From Mayamaea pseudoterrestris (lineage: Eukaryota), in the NCBI GenBank assembly GCA_027923505.1, contig BROI01000012.1:310001-374000 (forward strand): a DNA stretch of 64,000 nt, written 5' to 3'. Both the position numbers and the translations under genes were made by a program. Below, one piece after another: positions 48,929 to 56,600 of this stretch. Within the stretch, counting starts at the first letter, position 1, and each line of letters opens with the position of its first letter. A model generated the notes under the pieces. The model saw only the letters and a program-made list of their open reading frames with translations. It did not search any database and was not told where the DNA came from.

Positions 48929-49134
48929 TAGCAGGTATGCAACAGAAAGTAGTATCACTATGCCGTTAAAAGTAGCGCACCTCGGAATCGAACCAAGGAT
49001 AACCGGCTATATCACCTCTAAACACGCTGCTACTTTTCCGTCTGCTAGTGTACTATATGCTGCATACAAGGCACCATGCACTATGACAAGTAAAGGTATC
49101 GCTCTGGTTGCTGTTTTTCGTGTGCAACCTGCTA
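48929..49134 (-). repeat. TRIM 3' LTR, 206 bp
   Basis: Identical by eye to 49400-49605; preceded on the minus strand by the PPT. Confidence 0.93.
48973..49031 (-). ncRNA. tRNA-like 59-nt element in the TRIM LTR (second copy at 49444-49502)
   Basis: AGCAGCGTGTTTAGAGGTGATATAGCCGGTTATCCTTGGTTCGATTCCGAGGTGCGCTA then CTTTT. It has a T-arm with B-box GGTTCGATTCC and paired ends, but no proper anticodon arm. Confidence 0.5.
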
Positions 49135-49399
49135 CTCCCCTAGCTTTGCGCGTCATAGTGCTAACTCGTCTTCCGTTTCAGCTGGCATTTTCGTCTCGCG
49201 GGGGAATGTCACTTTTCAGTTTTTCCTGCGGCGTTTCGGGCTCGGCGCATCTTTGTGCACTCCCCAGGGTCCGCGACTCCCCATCGTTCGTTCGTGACAA
49301 ACCCGTGCAACCAGTGAATTTTTTGCTTTTTCTTCGCTTGATTCGATCGCAACTCGAACCAGCAGCCTCAGTCCAGATCTCTCGATAGGGACGCTACCA

Positions 49400-49605
49400 T
49401 AGCAGGTATGCAACAGAAAGTAGTATCACTATGCCGTTAAAAGTAGCGCACCTCGGAATCGAACCAAGGATAACCGGCTATATCACCTCTAAACACGCTG
49501 CTACTTTTCCGTCTGCTAGTGTACTATATGCTGCATACAAGGCACCATGCACTATGACAAGTAAAGGTATCGCTCTGGTTGCTGTTTTTCGTGTGCAACC
49601 TGCTA
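49400..49605 (-). repeat. TRIM 5' LTR, 206 bp
   Basis: Identical by eye to 48929-49134; followed immediately on the minus strand by the TGG-initiated PBS. Confidence 0.93.
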
Positions 49606-50106
49606 AACTGGTGGCCCTTCCACCATGTTAACAGTAAATTTCTAATTCGTGCCATTTGTAACAGGATTGATCGCAGCAGAAGTTTGGTCACACCTAGTCC
49701 ATTCTTAACAACAGCTTTCTTGGTTGGAGTTTGTGTCCTATTCGTTGCTTCGATGTGGACTATGTTCTATCTCCTTTTTGCCCGTTACATTGGCATCCAT
49801 GCATTTGTTTTAGCAGGACAGTTCATTTGCTCAGTTGGACTTGGCGTTTGGAGCGCAATGACAACGCTGCAAATACTACGATACCCTTTCCGCGTTCAGA
49901 ATGGCGATTCATTAGTGAAAGATGCTTGGCTGGTGTCCGAATGCATCGTTGAGACATTTGTGCGCAAGCTCGCGATCCTTTGTGGCAAACCTCCGTTATT
50001 CGAGAGAGAACTACATCGATTGCAAGTGGCTTGTAAGCAAACGCACCATGTTTGGAAACGCCGAATGGCCCGGCGGGATTTTTACGTCGCTCTCAAGCGA
50101 AAGTGA

Positions 50107-51078
50107 ATTGGATATGACGATTGTCAGCGTCTGCTGCTGACGTTTCTTGAGAACGATTCGGGTGCCGATGATTCCTACTTGGAAGATGCTGTCGAAGGTA
50201 CTTTGCCTGGCTCCGTCGAAGAAGTCGAAGACTTTTTAAACCTTACCGTTCAGGATGACGCCGAACAGGACAAGAAAAATATACCAGCTACGATCGAAGA
50301 CTGTTTCCAGGAGATTGAAGACGCTGTTGAAGACTGCCTACGGTATGTGCGAGGAGACCGCATTTACGTTGAGCCAGATCAGGACGCAGATGATGACGCT
50401 GAAACGACTGAATTTATAACCGAAACTGCCATGACAACTTCAAAGATGCGGACTGGGTCGGTCTCATATACCTTTCCAGGCTATGTTGTGGTGCATTTTG
50501 ATGGTGAGCCGCCTCCTCCTGTTACAGTGCGCGCATCGCTCTGCCGTCCACTTAAAGATGTCTTGTCGAGCGCTAAAACTTTGGAGCTTGATCAGGTTCC
50601 TCGCTCGCATTACCAGGATGACTCTTTACAGGAGCCTATTAATAGCAGTGGCATTCATGTGGGCAGCAAGGGTGAAGATGATATGGCAGAAGATGCTACT
50701 GCTACCAGGATGCCCGAAGGCAGTAAACGCAAGTACCGCTCCGTCGAGGAGGCATTGAAGGAGGGTGGCTGGGAGTTTGTACGCAAGAAGAAGCACATTT
50801 GCTACCGCCGCATCGTCAAAACCGCCGACGACCGCGACCAAGAGCAGCACTTTGTCATGTCATCAACTCCCAGTGATTGTCGGTCCGAAAGGGCAGCATT
50901 GGCAACCTTGCATCGACTTGATGAGAATTCCGAGCCAGTTTTAGCGAAAACGGGCAAGAGACAATTGAGAAAGTGCTACGTTTGCCAACTGGAAATGGAA
51001 GACATTTGCTTTACCAAGACTCAGTTAAAAAAGAAGGTTGCTATCAAGTGCAAAGAGTGTGCTGCCACGATCGCTTAG
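50107..51078 (+). CDS. Open frame with a HicA-like motif and a C-terminal C4 zinc finger (Stc1-like); possibly the 3' part of the upstream gene
   Basis: GWEFVRKKKHICYRR...FVMSSTPSDCR and CYVC...FTKTQLKK...CKEC. Same frame as the upstream ORF, separated only by TGA at 50104-50106, and no ATG until 50431. Confidence 0.55.
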   Translation: MGYDDCQRLLLTFLENDSGADDSYLEDAVEGTLPGSVEEVEDFLNLTVQDDAEQDKKNIPATIEDCFQEIEDAVEDCLRYVRGDRIYVEPDQDADDDAETTEFITETAMTTSKMRTGSVSYTFPGYVVVHFDGEPPPPVTVRASLCRPLKDVLSSAKTLELDQVPRSHYQDDSLQEPINSSGIHVGSKGEDDMAEDATATRMPEGSKRKYRSVEEALKEGGWEFVRKKKHICYRRIVKTADDRDQEQHFVMSSTPSDCRSERAALATLHRLDENSEPVLAKTGKRQLRKCYVCQLEMEDICFTKTQLKKKVAIKCKECAATIA

Positions 51079-51278
51079 CAAACGACAAATCGTCCCGTTT
51101 CATGTTTATCGCGAGCCTAAATGTATGGAATTCGCAGATGGCATCGTTTCATCGCTTTTCCACTTCAACATAAATCTAAACACATGTGACCATTCTCTAG
51201 CATACATTATATGCCAAGTCATTTGGCTATTCCAGTAAAGTCTGTCAAAAAGCTTCGCATTCATTTCACGTCCATGCT

Positions 51279-52327
51279 TTGCGCGCAACATTCCTGATTG
51301 GCAATGCATCAGCCATAAACGGAAACAGTATCCGAAGACTCGTTGAGTTTCATCGTTCCAAATATGACAACGAAGCGGAACGCAACTGCAAGCCAGCAGC
51401 AACAATTCAAGACTGCTTGTCAGAACTTGCAGCAGATCTTGCTGACGACTGCACCCAGTTCATGCCGGCGGATCGCATCTACGTCGAGCTGGGTGATGAC
51501 AATGACGCATATCCGATCGACGCAGCAGCATCGACTTTGCCAAAGGTGCGGACTGGCTCGGTAACATCCACTCTAAAAGGCTTCGTCATGGTTTGTTTCG
51601 ATGGCGAGGCGGCGCCGCCCGTGAAGATTCCTTCATCGCAATGCCGTCATTTGGAAGGAAAGGTCCCGTGCACTGTCATTTGGAATCCTGGTGCACAAGT
51701 CTCGCACCAATACGAGCCTAGTAGCTGCAGTGACGTGTCGTTCAATAGTAACAATGGCGTTGCGGAGGAAAAAGGTGTTGCTGCTGCTGCTGCATCTATC
51801 TACAAGGCCGCACACGCAAGTACCGCACCGTCGAGGAGGCGCTCGCCGAGGGAGGCTGGCAGCCGGTGCGCAGCAAGACCCACGTTATTTACCACCACGG
51901 CGTCACCACAGCCGACGGCCGCACGCGCAAGCAAACCTTTACCTTGGCGAAAACGTCCAGTGACTTTTGATCTCCAAAGGTGGCGCAAAGTGTTTTGAGT
52001 CGTTTGGATGAACAAGGTGATCCTATTCGTGTTGCGACGCGCAACGATTGCTGCTGCTGCTACTATCATTGCACCATTTGCAGGCAGATCAAGACGAAAG
52101 ATTCCTTTTCCAAAACGCAAGTTCGGAAAGGTTTATCCAAGTGCAAAGCGCCTTGCCAAGCGGCTTGCACGATCCAGCAGGTATCGCAGTTAGGCTTGCA
52201 CCAAAGGCACGTCTCGCGCAAGCCTTCGCTTTGGATGCAAGCGGCCAAAGGCAAACTGGTTCTTGACTACCTCGAAAATGAAATAACAAATACAACAAAA
52301 GAACATCTTTTGTTTCGTCTATTTTAA
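51279..52327 (+). pseudogene. Degenerate tandem paralog of 50107-51078
   Basis: ATIQDC...DRIYVE...KVRTGSV...FDGE..PPV, then a frameshift near 51810 into RKYRTVEEALAEGGW..VRSKTH. In-frame TGA at 51968-51970, then CTIC...FSKTQVRK...CK. Confidence 0.75.
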
Positions 52328-52700
52328 TTTCCATTGTCTGTCAAACAATATCATGCCTGACAGTAGTGGACAGCATAACCTGAATAAGCAGTCATATGTC
52401 CCGAAGCCAATGATATTTTTCCCTATCAATCTACCGGTAGCACTTGATAGAGCTATTATTGCGGGGGGAACCCCGTCATTCCGGTGCAGGGGGAAGAAAG
52501 CCGCACCGGACAATTGAACACCAAGAAGCACATGCACCTACTCGAGACTTTACCTGATACCGCCTTACTACGCTCCGCGCGGCGAAAGCCTCGCGACGTC
52601 GATTCTCGTCTCCTCATTCTGTTGCACGAAGTCAACTGCAGACATCCGAGTCAAGCAGTTCCAGTACTTCATTAGATAGTCTCATAAGCTTCAGGCTACC

Positions 52701-53524
52701 ATGGCTGACGCTCCTCCTGTCCCTCACGCCATTGGGGGCCCCGCCGGCATCTCGACCAACGCCTCACTCCTCGACTTCTTCGCCTCGCCGACCAACGACG
52801 CCCTTCGCGGCAACAGCCGCGCGTGGATTGAGCAGCTCGACCCACTCGTCCACGACTACGATGGCGCTGACATTCTCGAACGAATCGTCAGCGTGCCTCC
52901 GACGCGCGCCGGCGCTTACATCCGTTACCATCGCACGGAACCAGGCGACGCGATCGGGACGATCAAGGTTTACACTGGCTTTCAGCAGTACGTCGCGGGC
53001 CTCGTCATGACGCCCCTCGACGGGCGAGTCTACGCCACGCTGGGCAACCTCGTCGCCGGCCAAGGGCACTGTGTACGCATCGTGGAACGCGACTTCGACG
53101 CCCTACCGAACAAGACGATCCCAACGACCGACGATATCGCGTGCGCCTGGTGGGACGACCACGACTGGACCGGCATGCTAGGCAACTGCGTACTCCAAGA
53201 CCCGGGATTCGTGGATGACGGTTCGGTCGGCGACCCGCTTCCGGGACGCGTGGCGCGAGTGCGACGCACGTGCTACTTGCAGCACGAGCTGGTGGAGCTT
53301 CTGATGGATCACGACTACGAACCCGCCAAGGCCTACCGCACCGTGTTGCATCGCGCGCGAGCGCTCGACCAAGTCGACAATTATCGTGAACTACTCGACT
53401 TTCTCCTTGTCTGCGCCACCTCGGAGCGGAACAATCGACCGGCGTCGCTCGCCTTGGCGCCGCCGCCGGTGCCAGTGCTGATGACGCAATCCCTCGCCGA
53501 GCAGCGTGTCGCCGTGCATCGCAT
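52701..53524 (+). pseudogene. 3'-truncated GC-rich ORF fused to the copia LTR remnant; possibly ORF1 of another retroelement
   Basis: ATG-initiated frame of about 275 codons runs directly into LTR sequence at 53525, and its stop comes from the LTR. Identity is not established. Confidence 0.45.
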
Positions 53525-53630
53525 TCACGCGATCGTGAGGCTGTGGTGAGCCGCGAGTGCCGCTGTGTCACCCTATCGGACATTCGGTGTGACTTGCCCG
53601 ATTTTCGCTGTTTTCGTTCGCATCCTGCAA
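53525..53630 (-). repeat. Copia 3' LTR remnant (106 of 247 bp)
   Basis: Matches 59792-59897 and adjoins the PPT. The distal part and TSD are missing. Confidence 0.9.
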
Positions 53631-53654
53631 CTCCCCTCAAGTCATACCTAATAG

Positions 53655-56600
53655 TTAGATTCTTTGAAGAGCAGGTTCTTTAAGTGCTTGCTTGCCGTAG
53701 CCCGTGGAAGAAACTTGGTAAGTACATCCGCCGGGTTTGTCGTTCCCATGATGTGGTTGGAAATTAATAATTCCCGCCGCAATCGCTTCGCGTACACGGT
53801 GAAATGCCAGTGCATTGTGTCGCTTCGTCAGACTAGAGTGCGGTAGGTTGCTGCTTTGCGTTACCGACTTGTTGTCTCCAAACATCCATGAAGGTCCGTC
53901 GAGCGGAACTCCCAACATGCGTAGCGTGAAGCGAAGATCCATGATCTGCTCCGTGCTCACTCTCGCTGCTACAAACTCCGAGCCGTACGTCGCCGTCTCG
54001 ACCGTCGCTTGGCGTTTCGAAAACCAATCAACGACTGTTCCATTCAACATGTGTAGCATGCCCATCGCTGCCCGTCCCGTCGTGTAATCGTGGTACAGGT
54101 TCGCATCTTCGAACGTTGACATTCGCACCGCCTTGCCGCGCGGCGTGGGCATGTTCCACGGAAGCTCTTCGCAGATCTTGCCGTACACACTGTAATCCCA
54201 ATCCATCTTGTCAACTGTCGCGTATCGCTCGTCCGTTGGAATCGAAACGTTGAATCGAATCGCTCCATCCGGGTATCTTCGTAAGTATCCGCAAATATGC
54301 TTCAACCGTTCCAAGTGCCCCGCTCGTGGCGCAGCTCGGAATCTCCCCATAGTCATGACAGCACAGTGAATGTCGAATCGACATAAACTTACTGCCCATT
54401 GCAACGCACCAATTATCGATTGATACTTCGCAATTCCGTCGTCGTCAAGTTCTTTCGTTTCGTCGAGTTCCGGATGATCGCCGTCGCGTAGTGGACTTGT
54501 CTGCGGTCGCGGTTCCTCGCCGAACATTTCTTTGTAGTTCGCTAGTAGTCTTGTGACGTACTTCTTCGCTCCGAAGCAGAGTACGCCGTCGTCGTCTCGC
54601 CAAACGTCTGCGCCCAAATGATATGCCAATGGACCGACGCCCTTCAACTTGTAGTTGTAGTTCTCAATTAAAAGATCCGTTAGTTCCTTCGGATTCTTCA
54701 TCGCTATCGCTAAATCGTCGACATACACACAAACGTATTCGTAGTGCGTGCCTTTATCGCGCATCCACACGTCCGGTTCTGCGATACACGGCATGAAGCC
54801 AATGTCGCGGAGCGTGTCTGAAAAGTGCTCGTGCCAGCGTGCGCCTGACGTGCGAAGACCGTATAATGCCTTCACGATCGTGAGCGTGTGACCCTCGAGC
54901 TCCCCGAACTCCGGACCTGCCACGATATAAACCTTCTCTTTCGTTTTCGCTTCCAAGTATGCGTTGCCGACGTCAGCTGCCCACAGTTCCAGACCGTTGA
55001 GTTCCGCTAACATCGCTACCATTCGTAGACTTCGCAATGACACAACGCCCGAGTAAACTGAATCCTTCGGCGGCTCTGTCATATGTCCTCCTGCAACGAG
55101 TCGTGCTTTCCGTCGCAAATCGTGCTTGACATCGAATATCATGTGCACGTTTATTCGTTTCCACGGCGTCGGCATAACCTTACCGACTCCTTGATCTGCG
55201 AACGTGTCGTAATCATTTATCTGATTTAATTCCGTTCGAATCGCATCCGTCCACAGCGTGTTGCCGTTGATCTCGTCGAGAGCTTTCGCATCTTTATAAT
55301 TGCGCGGCAACCTTACGCCGAATTTGTAGCGTACGCCGTTTGCTTTCGATTTTCGTTTCGCCGCTGTTACCATCTGTCGAAACTTCTTTCGCTTCCGAGT
55401 GTAATGCTCCAGCTGCTTCCATCCTGGCTTGTCGAGTAAGCCGTGCTTGAGTCCATACTCTGCGATCGTTATCGGATCGTCCTTCTTCATGATCGCGAGA
55501 GGCTCCCACGTCGTCGTTCCGTCAGTCCACTCGACGAGAACGTTACTTGAACTTCCTTTGTATGTCGGATCGTTCGGTTTCAAATTAAGCTCGTGTCCGA
55601 TTACCTTCGTGAATACCCACTGAGTCGCCGGATCGTTTCGTATATCTTCGTCCATCTGTCGTTCGATTAAATCCGACAGTTCGTTGTAACTTATTAAGTC
55701 TTTCGCTGGCTCCTCTCCCATTTGGATTAGGAAACCTTTCGTCGTTTCGAGTAGCTCGTTATCGCGTACTTCGATATATTCGCATACAGTCGCCGCATTT
55801 TCTGACCGTTTTCGTGTTCCCTTACGAACGTAGGTCCGATGAGTTCGCTTGGGAGAAGCAGAGGGCATTTATTCCCTGATTCTTGCTCAGCCCCTTCTGA
55901 AGAACTCGCTGGTACGTTGGCGTGGTTCGCCATCGGAATTGTTTCGTCGTCGTTTCCTTCGTAGTTGTCGTGACTACTTTCTGTCACATGCGTGCTATGG
56001 TAGCGTCCTGTCGCGAGATCTGGAGTTTCAAAATTTCGCTCGCTTGCGCGTGTAGCTTCTTCAGAAATCTCCCCTCCAGACTCAGGGAAGGAAGGCAACT
56101 CGTGGTAACAAGTAGCTGCGCGAGACCACGTTGGAGCGCGGAATCGCCTGAAGCGTGTCGTCCGTCAGAACGAGAAAAGTCATGTGCGGACCGCTATTCT
56201 CTGCGATGCCCACGAATCGGCCGTTGCCAGATCGTACCGCCGAGGGAAAACTCCCCTGCGCCTCAAACGTGACCGGTTCCCACCACTTGAAATGTAACAA
56301 AGGCGAAATATCCGGCAGATTTCCGAACGCAACTTCCGTTGGCGTGCGCCATCCCAGCGATTTCGTCGCGAGGACGTTCAGTATCATGATTACGAATTTA
56401 ATCAGCAAAACCCAGCAATGGCCTGGCGAACCCGAATCTCGTTGGAGGTTCTCCATCATTGGCTTAATGTGCGACGTGTGACGTTCGCATGGATTTTGTT
56501 CTGGATGACCCGGTTCTGTGGTCACTTGAGGAATATTGTACATCCGACAGAGATCCTCACAGCCTTGCCAGTCTCCGACTTGGCATTGTCGCTGAGCAGT

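Larger units (their letters stand above)
48929..49605 (-). mobile_element. TRIM (terminal-repeat retrotransposon in miniature), 677 bp, non-coding
   Basis: Identical 206-bp direct repeats with inverted ends TAGCAGGT...ACCTGCTA around a 265-bp interior. 4-bp TSD AACT at 48925-48928 and 49606-49609. Minus-strand PBS TGGTAGCGTCC (49389-49399) and PPT AGGGGAG (49135-49141) each abut an LTR. Confidence 0.92.
47476..50106 (+). pseudogene. Hypothetical 649-aa gene interrupted by the TRIM insertion
   Basis: Joining 47476-48928 to 49610-50106 (removing the element and one AACT) gives 1950 nt of continuous frame: ...RYVLEFN-WWPFHHVNSKF... Confidence 0.8.

Noticed and set aside
48973..49031. Bona fide tRNA gene
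   Set aside because: Only 59 nt, with no anticodon arm and an imperfect acceptor stem; kept as tRNA-like only.
48929..49605. Two independent MITEs with TA target duplications
   Set aside because: One AACT TSD flanks the whole 677-bp unit, PBS and PPT abut the repeats, and only removal of the whole unit restores the host ORF.
48960..49631. ORFs starting MPLKVAHLGIEP as genes
   Set aside because: They are chance translations of the two identical LTRs.
50103..50151. Intron removing the TGA at 50104
   Set aside because: The candidate acceptors give a 25-nt intron (too short) or a 49-nt intron that shifts frame into a stop.
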